Shown: positions 13,297 through 25,055 of the stretch, piece by piece
Numbering within the stretch: the first letter of the stretch is position 1
Layout of the letters: every line of letters begins with the position of its first letter
DNA from: Blastocystis sp. Blastoise
Taxonomy: Eukaryota; Protista; Bigyra: Opalinata
Direction: 5' to 3'
Assembly (NCBI GenBank): GCA_039096225.1
Contig: JBBPEB010000020.1
Location: 468,123-532,122 of the forward strand
DNA length: 64,000 nucleotides
Program-made: the position numbers and the translations under genes
Notes under the pieces: model-generated
The model's database searches: none
The model's input: only the letters and a program-made list of their open reading frames with translations
Told to the model about the DNA's origin: nothing

Positions 13297-16200
13297 CTGC
13301 TTCTAAATATTGGCTGAATATAAGAATGAAATAAAGCTAACTATTTGTCATTATTAATTCTTAATAATAAAATGTATGGGAATTTATATTCTTATTGTTA
13401 TAACATAATAAATACTTGATATAATAAAATGAGTATTATTCTCATTCTATTTATTTATTCTTAATCACATACAGATCTTTGGTTTATAAGTTATCTTCTT
13501 ATACATCTTCTTGGCCTATTTAAAAAATAATTCACAGCCAAAGAACTCTATAAATCACTTAATATGTATATATTTTGAAATACATATATAATTGATAGCT
13601 TACCAACTACAAATTAAAATATAAGTTAATCATATTATGCTATATAAATAAGAATACTTACATAATGACATATAAAAAATATACTTTTTCAACACTGACG
13701 GCTTTTATTAGTATTCTAATGAAATGCATATTATATTATAATATAAAACTTTGACATAAATTTATTTAAGTTCTAAGCTATCAATTTATATAAAATAAGA
13801 TTTGAAAACATTATTCACAGATATATCAATTATGAAAATTCAAAATAATCATTTATAAACTATACAATGTATATATATATAGACTATAAATGACTACTAG
13901 CGTAGAAAACTATGTAGAGTAATAATATATATATTTTATATAAAAGTATAAAAAAAGATTCATCATTATTTATATATATACTTAAGTAGACGTCATTTTT
14001 ACCTCAATAACACTTTCTAGTTGACTCTTCTATAATATATAATAGCATCTATATATTAACATAGAAAATAGAAGTACCAAATGATCATTTTATATATTTC
14101 TCTTTCAGTAACTAAGAATAATCTTGTCATTTACTTATATGTATTCTATAAATAAAAATGATATTTTTATTAATAAAGAGATAATATAAATAAATATAAT
14201 ATTTAATATTTAATTATAATATTGTATACTGTACTAGTTAAAAGGTAATATTATGTTGAATCCCATATTAACTACAAATGATAATAGCAACTACAATTAA
14301 CTATACAAAGAATTGTTAAGATAAACGTTATATATATATAAACATACAAAAACATGAAATAATACTCCAAACGAACATACATTGTAAAACCAAATTAAAT
14401 TTTGTTGCGTATTATGTTGAATAAATATAATATAAGCATGCATGTATTATATACAATTACTGTATTCCATTATTCTAGATACTAATAGCACGAATAGATA
14501 ACAGGTAGTATGAACTTTTATTAGCTACTGTTTTATTTGTGTTAACAAATGGAATGCACTAAAAGGATAAGACATTCTAATCTATATAAACGTTATCATG
14601 AAAACATATTAAAATTTACAAATGAAAGAGAAACTAACAATGTTCTAAATTATATAATTAATAAATAAAACTTCAAAAAGACTCTAAAGAGAAAATAACA
14701 AAAACAATAAAGAGAAAGCAGACATAAATAATTAAATAAATAGCAAACAAATTAAAATTATATACGAATCAGAAACAAGAAGTCCAGGTAACCAGATGAA
14801 CTGAGCTAATACCGTCATTTAAGTAATAATTCCTTCATAGTTTATAAAAAAGTAGGAAATGAATTTTTGAAATTTGTTCATGCTGATATTTTTTTTATAA
14901 AATAGCAATCTGATATATATGCATCATTACAAATATAATTTATTACTCATTGTTTTAATTTGAGAATAAAATAAAATATGATTCAATAAGGAAAAGAAAA
15001 AAAATCAATCTTAAAATGAAGAACTATATAAACGAAGAATTATATAGACGAAGAATTATATAGACGAAGATTATATAACGAAGAATTATAAAAACGAAGA
15101 AAAAATATTCCAAAAACTGGCTTTTTCAAATTACATCACTTCCGTTCTTTTCGATCAAAAAATAGTGAGAATTAATCACCATTATGTTTAAAATGTGTTT
15201 ATTAAGTTGCTAGCTTTATTCAATATCGTTTCCATAAAGTGAATATAACTTGAGTTTATTAGAATTGTTAATTGTAAAATTTGTTTTAAGTCTATTCTCA
15301 GTAGTAAGTGTAACACTAAACAACGAAAATATATCATAATACAACGATAGCGAAGATTATTTGTATTTTAAATGTACTTTTAATTATTATTTATGTTTTT
15401 CGTATGTATCTATATTGAGAATATTATGGTGTAAATACAATTAGAAATTAATAGTAATGTAAATAAATCCAAAAGGATTACTGATAAATCTTGATTCCTG
15501 GATAGGCAATATAAATATTGCATATAAACCAATATCTCATTCATTTCAAGGATTTATATATCATTAAATATATGCTTTAATTTTTTGTAATCCATGGATG
15601 TATAATCAACATCCTTTTGATGTTTATGTGTATTCTCATCTAAATAGGAAGTTATACTACAGTAAGAATTCATATTATGAACTTTTAATCAGAGTATATT
15701 ATAAAAATTAATAATAGGATAAAAGACATAAAGGGTAACTAATGAATTATATGACGTTTGAAATATTAAAAAACTTTGCAGATAGATTTCTTTACAGTTA
15801 TCTAGTTTCAATAAGTATTAATATATGATGAAGCTGCAGTAATTATTTATTTTTATTTATATAGAATATATTGGCAAGATAATATTTGAATTCCAAAGCA
15901 AATACAAAAATGAATATAGTCCACTTAAATAATGCAAAATATCTACAACATTCAACCAGTAATTTATCATCAATTTAGTTAAAATGAAAAAGATTCTAAC
16001 AGAAATTATAATGACAACATATAGAAATTAAGAAAGAGAAATTAATACTATACATTTATTAACTAATAGCAATTCCATTCTTTAAAGAAAAGGAAGAAAA
16101 CATTAAACTTAGAAAAATACATAAATATGATATATTTCTATTAAAAGCATAAGGATACGAAATATTGAAACACAATAAAAAAAATTATTGCATATTAATA

Positions 16201-19131
16201 ATTCTAATTTAGACAAAACAAATAAGCAATTATGTAGTGTTTATTTATAATAATTTAACAATTATCAGGAATGGAAACATAGAAGATGTAGAAGGAAAGA
16301 ATATAGAGTAATAATAGGATAAGAGTATTATAAGAATTATATGTATAATTATACTAGTTGAATATAAAATTCATATTCATCACTTATTATAGGAATAAGC
16401 AAAATATATAAACAAGTTACACACTCATATTTATTAGCTGGTGTAGAGAAAAAATATAATGATTGATGAAGTATTAGGTAAAGAGATATTGTATGCATAA
16501 TAGTAGTAATAGTAAACATAGTAATAACAATATTATAAGGTTATCTTTTGAAACATTTCAGTAAATACGTTAATAAAAACAGCGTAGGAGCTAGAGATTC
16601 ATATGAAAAACAGCAATAAGAAGAAGTTAAGAATAATTAGAATATTTAAAGAGAAATATAATCATTATTTATGCAAATACATAAGTAATACTATTACTAG
16701 TTATTCTTTAGATTCAAAGTAGGAATAGGCTACAGAAAATATATATATGATCCTGTATAATAATTGTAATCACGAATTTGAAACTAGTATTAGTAGTAAG
16801 ATAACATTAATAGATATCTCATCATAATTCTTAGTAGCAATAGAATTCTAACATCTGAATTGAAGAGAGAATATTCAAAGGATCTATATAAACGTATAGC
16901 TATAGAATCCTACACAATAATATATATATATATATACTTAATTATATACTTAATTATTCAGTAGTAGCTTAATGCATTGGTTCTTTAATTCTAGAATATA
17001 ATTTATAAATAACGTTCACCATAATAAGAAATTTAGGATGAAGAAAAACATGTCTCATTTTATAACTTTATTTCATTTTGCCTAAATATTATAATAATAT
17101 AATATTAAAATATTTATACACTACAAATAGATAAGCAAGCCTCAACTTACACCTGACGGATCATCATCATTTGATTGAAATCTAGAATAGGCTAAATAGA
17201 AACCAAATAAGGATTAATACACAATATATATAAATATATAAAATATGATTAACAACTAAACATAAAGAATTTGAACAGATTTATACTCAATGTAATTAAT
17301 TATCATTGCATATCATTATATAAAAGTAAAAATAATTGAAATCGACTATTAAAGTAAATGTAATTCGAGATAATTAATCTAAATTACATTATATTAATAT
17401 TAAGATAAGTCTAGCATACGTATATTATAAAATCTGGAAGAATTCTAATTATTCAAATAAAGTTAAACGAAAACAAAGAAAGACAAAACAACATTAATCT
17501 ATAAAATCATATTCTTTAGCAAACCATTATATATATAGAGTTTAATAAGCTAGTTTCAATAGAAACAAAGAATCTGAAGACACAAATAATTAATACGAGA
17601 ACAAATAAAATAGAATTATATACAAATATTAGCAATTTAATAAATCAATCTAGCTTTTATCATTTATGTAGTTGTCTCACTTCAATAATATAAAAAAAAA
17701 ATCGAAAGTAATAAACACATTAATTAACTGATTGAGTGAATTACCATATTTCTATCTCTAAGCTGGATAAGAAGTTATAGAGCTCTCTGAATGAAGCCTT
17801 TATTGAATCTCCAAGTTAAGAACCAAAATGAATAAGATGATAATAAATACTAAAAAAATTTCTAAAAATTTTGTTTTAAATTTTTTATCAACAGTATTTC
17901 TAGATCCTTGAATACTCAATACAGCTACATATTTTCTTAACTTCCCAGTAATTATCAACAAGAAAAAGTCACTAGGACTACTTAGAAGCTTAATTTACCA
18001 TTCCATCATTTTTCTAGTCTAACAAGAATATTCGTTCATGTCATTAATCCACTGTATTTTATTATCTACTCTTCTAGATAGCAACGAATTTACATGAAAT
18101 GTTAATGCCAATTTAATGATTTCAATAAGTGCCTTTGCTATTATTATTTTTCTTCTTATTTAGTTACTTATAGGTTCTAAGATGATTTTGTAGAGTTAGA
18201 AGCAAATAAAAGAATATGCCAAATGTTGTCACTTAGATTTCTTTTGACTGTGTACTCTTTATGTTGCATAATGATTTCAATTAATTTAAAATATCTTCTA
18301 AGATGCTTCAATTATGGAATTAAACAGTAAATCGTATTCAACAACTTAATCACAACAATTATGTATTTTGTTTTTGAACATACTATTTGTCTTCAACATA
18401 CATTTACTATGTGATTATACATTATATTAATCTCTAAAACTAATAAAAAATAAATTTTCAAGATATATCTGATGTAGTTCTTAAAAAAAGAAAAATTATT
18501 CTTAAGGAAATAAAAAAATTTCGATTGTTTTTTTTTGACTTTTAAATACATATGTTTTCTTTTATTTACGTTTTTTCTTATTTATATAACTTAGACATGT
18601 CATACATAACTCATTTACATAATAATTTTCATTTTATAACATAAAAAAATATTTTCTGATTTTGACTCAAATATTGTTGTGTAAACTCAAAGAGTTGTCT
18701 TTTAGACGTGAAATGACTGTATAAATAATAATATAACTATAGAACACTTCAAAAATGAATATTCAAGAAGTTGACTGAATTACGACTCTTGTCTTTTTAT
18801 TTTGAATAATTGAAATAACGGTCACGTTACAAGTCAGAGTCTACACATAAATATATCTTTAACAGCAAACAACTCTGACCTCACTAATTGACTGATCCTT
18901 AAGACTCGGTCAAAGTCAATCAATTTTTGTCTTTCTGTGTCTTAAACATCATATCAAGTCATTATTCATTGTCTATTGTCTAAATAGACTCAAAATGAAA
19001 ATTCAAAAACTCCACTTTTATCAAAAATTTCTCTAAGTCGATGAAAAACCGTCAACCTTTTGCATTTTTTGAATTTTCTAAAACAATTTGGTTTTCCCCA
19101 TGGGAAACAAACCTTTTTGACTGAAGTATTA

Positions 19132-20027
19132 ATTCTTCCGTTCTTCGAACTGCAGAAGGGGGTATGCAAACCCCGCATAGAGTCTGCGCGACGCGCGCAG
19201 CCATAAGCGGGGAAGACATCCCCCCTTTTTGTTCTCGACGGAAGAATTAATAACATTTCTGAAGTAAAATAACCATGGGAGTGTAGGGTAGTGTGTGTGT
19301 GTATTTATTTTTTCCCATGTTTATTTATTTTTAATTTATTTGTGTTCTGATTCCAACGTGAAACGTAAAGTGATCAAGGAGAAACTCATAGTAATCATAA
19401 AAGAAATAAAATACACAGTCCAACCCTCCCCTTTACAGGGAATATTCATGGAAAATGACTCCATCGTTGGTAAAGTGAGTAAAATAATCACGGGAATACA
19501 GAAAGAAATACGAAAAGAAGCACAGAATGTGCTAAATAAACACACACCCCGACCCTCCCTTTATATAGAGAAAAGATGAAATGGATGGTTCTATCTAAAA
19601 AGAAATAATAAAAATAATCACGGGAATATATAAAAATAAAAATGTATGTATAGTGATCAATAAATAATATAAAAAGTCATGATAATCATAAAAAATTTAT
19701 ATAAAAAAGAGTAAAGTGATCAAGGTATGTATTTATAGTGGGTGAAAGAAAAGCTGGTGGTGGTGTGGTCTTGTAAAAAGATGTACCCACCACCACGATT
19801 ATAACGAGAGACTTTTGGAAACAAGGGTGACCGTTATGGAAATAGGATGCGTCATCGTGAATTGTCCAATCAAATTGCTTAAAAATGTAAAAATGAGGGA
19901 TTTTGGAACACAAAAACACAATTATATTGGGGAAACTGGGGAAACTAATTGTGTTCCAGTGGTTTTAGGTGGCGGGATGTATATCAATTTTCTAGAATAT
20001 TCTAGAACATTCTCGAAACTTCTAGAA
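19132..20027 (+). repeat. Left terminal inverted repeat of the PLV (896 bp)
   Basis: Reverse complement of 57285-58180; same length, about nine substitutions seen by eye. Confidence 0.97.
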
Positions 20028-20037
20028 CATTCTAGAA
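19990..20037. promoter_or_regulatory. Heat-shock-element-like array (10 alternating TTC/GAA units) upstream of tyrosine recombinase 1
   Basis: TTCtaGAAtaTTCtaGAAcaTTCtcGAAacTTCtaGAAcaTTCtaGAA. Confidence 0.75.
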
Positions 20038-20125
20038 CATGAGAATCTTAGATATTTTATTTTGATTTTCTTATGTATTATTCTTTTGAAAATAGAAGTT
20101 TTAGAGATTCTACTTGAGAAAATCA

Positions 20126-21061
20126 ATGAAAAATACAAATTATGACAAGTATCTTTTGGTTATACAGAATTCAAATTATTCTGATATTTGGAAAAAACGT
20201 TTAACCAATTATTTCAATTTATATATTTTCCCATTACCATTTAAAAAGTTCTCAGAATTCTTAAAGAATCCTTATTCATTCATGGATTATATGGTAAATG
20301 AACGTAAAATCAAAATTAGTCCAATGAAATCGTTATGTGAATTGATATTATTTATTATACGTAATGTTTCTTCATTAAATAAAGAAGGTATTTTGAATAA
20401 ATGGTGTGAATTTTATGTGATTATCAATTCAATGTATGAAAAATATCTGGATAATAAGAAACGTACTTTAATTCAAGATCTTATTAAAGATGGTATTACG
20501 ACTCCATATTTACATGAATATCACGATAAATTAGAAAATTATAATCCATTACGATTAATATTAGATTTTTACTCCTATCTTCCTCCTGCTCGTGCTGATT
20601 ATGCTCAATTATTCATTCTATCACCAGAAGATACTATTGATCCAGCTATTCATAAGAATTATATTGTTTATGATAAAGAGAAACATACTGGTTCTATTCT
20701 ATTAAATGATTATAAAACTGCTGGTAAATACTCTACAATTCAATTAGATGCACCAAAAGAATTGATTGAAGATCTAGAATTACTCTTAAAAAGAAATCCA
20801 AATCGTAAATTTATATTTGAATCTTCTGTAAGAACTGGATTTACTACTAAAGCATTTGATTGGTTTGTGAATAAGCATTTAAAACAAATCCATCCAAAAT
20901 TAACCATTAATGCATTAAGAAAATTATATGCTACAACTACAACCAATACATTCCAAGATATAGAAAATTCTGCTTCTGCTTTATGTCATAATGATTATAC
21001 ACATATTAATTCTTATGTATCTTTAGAAAATAATAATTTATTTAAAAAATTAATTGAATAA
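20126..21061 (+). CDS. Tyrosine recombinase/integrase 1 (PLV/virophage type)
   Basis: Catalytic-type motifs PPARADY (R), DYKTAGKY (K), NALRKLY (R), LCH..THINSY (H/Y); first ATG at 20126. Confidence 0.85.
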   Translation: MKNTNYDKYLLVIQNSNYSDIWKKRLTNYFNLYIFPLPFKKFSEFLKNPYSFMDYMVNERKIKISPMKSLCELILFIIRNVSSLNKEGILNKWCEFYVIINSMYEKYLDNKKRTLIQDLIKDGITTPYLHEYHDKLENYNPLRLILDFYSYLPPARADYAQLFILSPEDTIDPAIHKNYIVYDKEKHTGSILLNDYKTAGKYSTIQLDAPKELIEDLELLLKRNPNRKFIFESSVRTGFTTKAFDWFVNKHLKQIHPKLTINALRKLYATTTTNTFQDIENSASALCHNDYTHINSYVSLENNNLFKKLIE

Positions 21062-21134
21062 TTTTATGTTTTCATGTTTGTTTTGCTTTAATTTTGAATA
21101 TAACTAAACAACTAGTAATAAAAGGATATAAAAA

Positions 21135-21509
21135 TTAATTAAAAGGTAAGAAAGATAGATTATTATTATTATTTTGATATTGATTTTGTTGTTGATTACT
21201 TTTCATAGTTGGCATAAACATATTATTGGGTTGAATAAGATTCTTATCATCTTGATATTGATTCTCATTCTTCATATATTGTTTATCCAATAACATTTCA
21301 AGACGTTGATGAATCACAGGATCATCTATATAAAGTAACATATTTCTACAATAACTCAATTGCAAATCACTAAGATTTTTGTTGTTATTATTATTTAAAA
21401 ATTGTTCTAATAGATTCGCTATTTCATTCTTTTTAGATTTAATTCCTTCTTCTTTTAGATTCTTCATCACACGACAAAAATAAGAATAACTAAGATATTT
21501 CTTGTTCAT
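21135..21509 (-). CDS. Viral hypothetical protein (124 aa, N/Q-rich C-terminus)
   Basis: ATG-initiated ORF within the gene-dense PLV, with an HSE-like array ~100 bp upstream. Confidence 0.65.
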   Translation of the reverse strand: MNKKYLSYSYFCRVMKNLKEEGIKSKKNEIANLLEQFLNNNNNKNLSDLQLSYCRNMLLYIDDPVIHQRLEMLLDKQYMKNENQYQDDKNLIQPNNMFMPTMKSNQQQNQYQNNNNNLSFLPFN

Positions 21510-21604
21510 TATTTAAATTAACCAATGATTAAACAAAACAAATTAATTATATAAAACACTAATATAATAAATTAAAGATTCTACAAATAGAGCCAGTTCA
21601 AAAT

Positions 21605-21638
21605 GAATGTTCTAGAATGTTCTAGAACGTTTCTTGAA
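21605..21638. promoter_or_regulatory. HSE-like array (5 units plus 2 out of phase)
   Basis: GAAtgTTCtaGAAtgTTCtaGAAcgtTTCttGAA. Confidence 0.6.
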
Positions 21639-21767
21639 CATATAAAAGTAAAGTAAAATATATATAATAATAAGAACAATTTCAATAACTGACAGTATTT
21701 CATTTACATTCTCTAAAGTTTCTGCACTACGATCTAAGTAGTAATTGCCAAATCGTTTCTTTGTCAT
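21612..21767 (-). CDS. Small viral protein (51 aa) with one predicted transmembrane segment
   Basis: ATG at 21767; hydrophobic ILSVIEIVLIIIYILLYFYMF followed by KKR; has its own upstream HSE-like array and downstream TGTTTTGTT. Confidence 0.45.
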   Translation of the reverse strand: MTKKRFGNYYLDRSAETLENVNEILSVIEIVLIIIYILLYFYMFKKRSRTF

Positions 21768-21831
21768 AATAGTATTAAATATTAAACAAAACAAATTAAT
21801 TATACAAAATATTAATATAATAAATTAAAGA

Positions 21832-21849
21832 TTCTAGAATATTCTAGAA
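21832..21849. promoter_or_regulatory. HSE-like array (4 units)
   Basis: TTCtaGAAtaTTCtaGAA. Confidence 0.5.
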
Positions 21850-21853
21850 GGTT

Positions 21854-22387
21854 TTAACAAGGCATAAGATTTCCATTAGAAAGTAAATAAAGTAAAGAAT
21901 AATAAAAGCAACCATTTGCATTACTTGTAGTTTTTTGGTGTTGAATAGGATTATATTGAATATTATGATTTTGAATAAATGATTTTGAAAAAGTAGGTTC
22001 ATTTCCTAATGATGAATAGTGTTCTATGTTTTTATTACCATTATAAATAACAGCTTCAAAATGACCATTATAAGGATCACTAGGACTTTCATGAAAGATC
22101 ATATTAAATTTAGTTTGATCTTGATCTATATTTTGTTCAAAATCATCATAACTATTATAATAATTATAAGATTGAGAATTCGTTTTATTTAATTGTTTCA
22201 TAACATTTTCAGCACGATCACAAGCAACAGAAGAGGTAGGTTTATTTAAATAAGCATAATTATATAATTGAGATATTAAAGAATTTGGTATATTACAATA
22301 TTGAGATAGAGTTTGTTTGAAATTATCAGGGGATCTAGGAGTAACATGACGAGTTTTATCAGATATAATAGGATTATCGCAATTCAT
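21854..22387 (-). CDS. Probable adenain/Ulp1-like cysteine (capsid maturation) protease
   Basis: Motif order and spacing GHFEAV ... HYSSLG ... QHQ ... GCFYYSLLYL resemble the His...Gln...Cys layout of Polinton/virophage proteases; typical size. Confidence 0.6.
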   Translation of the reverse strand: MNCDNPIISDKTRHVTPRSPDNFKQTLSQYCNIPNSLISQLYNYAYLNKPTSSVACDRAENVMKQLNKTNSQSYNYYNSYDDFEQNIDQDQTKFNMIFHESPSDPYNGHFEAVIYNGNKNIEHYSSLGNEPTFSKSFIQNHNIQYNPIQHQKTTSNANGCFYYSLLYLLSNGNLMPC

Positions 22388-22419
22388 TGAATTTTGAATA
22401 AGTTTTTCATCTTTACTCT

Positions 22420-24066
22420 TTACCAGATCCCCTCCCCTGAGTTTTTTGATAACATATACTTCTTTTTTTTCCAGAACAATTCGTCACCTGTATTTAATGT
22501 TTCATTATTATCTATTTTCTGTTTTATAATTTGTAATTGTTTTAAATCAGCCTCTTGTATTTTACGTTTTTTTCGTGCCACTCCTGCAGGTATTATAAAA
22601 TCTGTATAAAATGATACTAATGGATTCAAATCACCACCTCTTTTCTTTTTAGCTTCTTTTCCTCTTCTCATTCGTTCTAAGAATTCTGCTTTACTTAATT
22701 TAACTCGACCACCATAACCTCTACGTTTAGCTCTTCTTGCAGCTATTCGTTTATCCCTTTCATCTTCTTTCCATTTTCTATCGACTTTCTCTTTATCATT
22801 TTGAGGGAAACCATAAATCTTATAAGGATAACTTTGTTCATCACGAGGCATAGGTTTATAAGGTTGAGGAGGTTGCGAATGTTGAGGAGGTCGAGGTTGA
22901 GTAGGTCGATCAACTTGTTGTTGTGGAGGTGGTGGAGGTTGAACAACGGGTTGTGGATGTAGTCTATCATCTTCATCAAGAGCATCTTGCATTTCATCAG
23001 CTACATCATAATATCCTTCAAACATTTTATTTATTGTATTTCCTGAACCTATTTGCTTTTTCATTTCATTTAATGCTTGTTGACGTTTTAATTTTTCCAT
23101 TTCAAATTCCATATCATTTAATTCACTTGATTGTTGTGCCAAATGTGTATCATAATAAGCTTTTCTACCTTTAGCAAAAGAATCCATACCTTTATCAACT
23201 ACACCTAATAGAGCTGGTGCATAATCCATTAATCCACTCCAGAATCCACCACCTCTTTTTACTCTTAATATACCATCACCACTTTGAGCTGAATCTAAAT
23301 CTATATATTTTGGTATAATAGAGGGTCTTAACATTCTTCTTAATTTTGGATTCTTAATCATTTTCTTATTTTTAATTGCATTCATAATTGCTGAAGCAAC
23401 TGATATAGGAATCTTTCCACCACGTTTAATTTTATGTTCATAGAATCTTTTGAATTCATCATCAAGATCATGATGACCATCACCAACATATTGAGCTAAA
23501 ATAGCTAATGCATCACGAGCTTTTCTATTAGCTTTTTTATCTACAATAGCATCTCTTATATCTAATACATTTCGTTGATACATATCTTTTACTTTATTTT
23601 TAATTGCATCACCAATACCAGAACCTTGATTATTCTCAAATTTATTGATTTCTGATTTATTTGGAATAATTCCTCTACCAGATTTACGTCTTGGTTTACA
23701 TGGATTTAATACTTTATATTGACGATCTTCACCATCTATTTTATCTTCTTCTGGACCAGCTGCTTTCATTACACCTTTACCTGCTGCTCTAGCACGAATT
23801 AAAGCACCATTTCCTTGTGGAACAGCATCTTTACCAAATGTTTTAGAACGATCTACATAATCATCTTCTTTACCATCATGTATTTCTTTACTTTCTAAAG
23901 TAGACACAGGCATAGATGAATTTGGACCTATTTCATGAAATATTGGATTATATTGATCCATTTTATGTAATGGTTGTGTATTATATCGCCTATATTCTTT
24001 TCCAGTTGAAATTAAATTCATACCAAAAGTACCAGGACTTGGCATTCCTAATATACAACTTTGCAT
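22420..24066 (-). CDS. Basic, GG/GxG-motif-rich putative virion core precursor (548 aa)
   Basis: Many RGG/GSG/GxG motifs, K/R-rich and P/Q-rich tracts; N-terminus paralogous to 55511-56995. Confidence 0.6.
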   Translation of the reverse strand: MQSCILGMPSPGTFGMNLISTGKEYRRYNTQPLHKMDQYNPIFHEIGPNSSMPVSTLESKEIHDGKEDDYVDRSKTFGKDAVPQGNGALIRARAAGKGVMKAAGPEEDKIDGEDRQYKVLNPCKPRRKSGRGIIPNKSEINKFENNQGSGIGDAIKNKVKDMYQRNVLDIRDAIVDKKANRKARDALAILAQYVGDGHHDLDDEFKRFYEHKIKRGGKIPISVASAIMNAIKNKKMIKNPKLRRMLRPSIIPKYIDLDSAQSGDGILRVKRGGGFWSGLMDYAPALLGVVDKGMDSFAKGRKAYYDTHLAQQSSELNDMEFEMEKLKRQQALNEMKKQIGSGNTINKMFEGYYDVADEMQDALDEDDRLHPQPVVQPPPPPQQQVDRPTQPRPPQHSQPPQPYKPMPRDEQSYPYKIYGFPQNDKEKVDRKWKEDERDKRIAARRAKRRGYGGRVKLSKAEFLERMRRGKEAKKKRGGDLNPLVSFYTDFIIPAGVARKKRKIQEADLKQLQIIKQKIDNNETLNTGDELFWKKKKYMLSKNSGEGIW

Positions 24067-24141
24067 TTTTTTATTTCAATTATAAAATTATTTATAAACA
24101 AAACAAATATATTAATAAAAAATAAATTTAACATTAAAAAT

Positions 24142-24735
24142 TTATAAATTAGTTAAATCAATAATAGTATCATTACTATTAGTATTCTTCGTAGATTTAT
24201 CGATGACTTTAATAGAACGAGCATATAAACCAATATAATACTTGTTATTATAACGATGAATACCATGTATTGTAAATAATACTTTACATAACGTATTTGG
24301 TGGAATATACTTTTCACGTATTTCTTCGTAAGTTAACTTAGGATCTTTACCGATATTAATCTTCTTATCTCTTTTATCAGTAATATCAATAGTAACATTC
24401 TTCGATGCATTAATAGGTACTTTAATTGTAATCTTATATTTACCATTATCCATACGTACAAAATTAACAATATCACCATCAGGACATAATTCACATAATT
24501 TACGATAAAGTTCTTTATAAGCAGTTAAGAATACTTGATTATCATCTTCAATTGTTAATAAAGTCCATTTATCACGTGTAACAATATAACCAAATAAACA
24601 TGGTGTAGCATCAGTAGAAATACATACACGATGATTATTATTTAAAAGAACAGCATTTTCTTTGGTGTCATCCCATTGTAAATTAAAGTTAGAAGTATCA
24701 AGAATAGTAGGTTTTTTAAATTCAGTTGTAGACAT
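24142..24735 (-). CDS. Putative ssDNA-binding (OB-fold-like) protein
   Basis: C-terminal beta-rich pattern IPPNTLCKVLFTIHGIHRYNNKYYIGLYARSIKV recalls viral SSBs; the function is tentative. Confidence 0.45.
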   Translation of the reverse strand: MSTTEFKKPTILDTSNFNLQWDDTKENAVLLNNNHRVCISTDATPCLFGYIVTRDKWTLLTIEDDNQVFLTAYKELYRKLCELCPDGDIVNFVRMDNGKYKITIKVPINASKNVTIDITDKRDKKINIGKDPKLTYEEIREKYIPPNTLCKVLFTIHGIHRYNNKYYIGLYARSIKVIDKSTKNTNSNDTIIDLTNL

Positions 24736-24812
24736 TTTTAGTTAAGTATTTAGTAAAAATATAAGTATTTTAATACTAATATTTTACGATATTCTTTTCA
24801 AATGAATCAATT

Positions 24813-24860
24813 TTCGAGAAGGTTCTAGAAGGTTCTAGAAGGTTCGAGAAGGTTCTAGAA
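24813..24860. promoter_or_regulatory. HSE-like array (10 units) upstream of the SSB-like gene
   Basis: TTCgaGAAggTTCtaGAAggTTCtaGAAggTTCgaGAAggTTCtaGAA. Confidence 0.75.
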
Positions 24861-25055
24861 AAAAAGAACACTTGAATAATCTAATGGAAACATTTTAACG
24901 GAATCGAACCATGATACTGTGGTTACATATTTCTTTAATAGATCCATTAGACCATTCAAGAATTCTATTTGAAACTATTCTATTCTCCATTTAAACTTTG
25001 TGTAATTAATTTTAAAATAATAAACAAAACAAAATAATTAATTAAATAAAAATAA

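Noticed and set aside
15020-15150. ACGAAGAATTA repeats and CTTCCGTTCTT resembling the viral terminus
   Set aside because: Short matches in AT-rich DNA that could be chance; no further similarity seen
15400-18400. Possible decayed coding sequence shared with 33700-37200
   Set aside because: Only scattered short matches by eye and no sustained reading frame; needs a translated alignment
19990-20037. Reading the TTCTAGAA repeats as STAT sites or plain XbaI-containing minisatellites
   Set aside because: Spacing is N2, not the N3 of canonical GAS sites; TCTAGA is not conserved (TTCTCGAA, TTCGAGAA, TTCTTGAA occur) whereas TTC and GAA are
18990-20042. Short ORFs in the left TIR, mirrored at 57282-58017
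   Set aside because: They overlap on both strands, cross the element boundary or the HSE-like array, and have no recognisable motifs; their duplication just reflects the TIR
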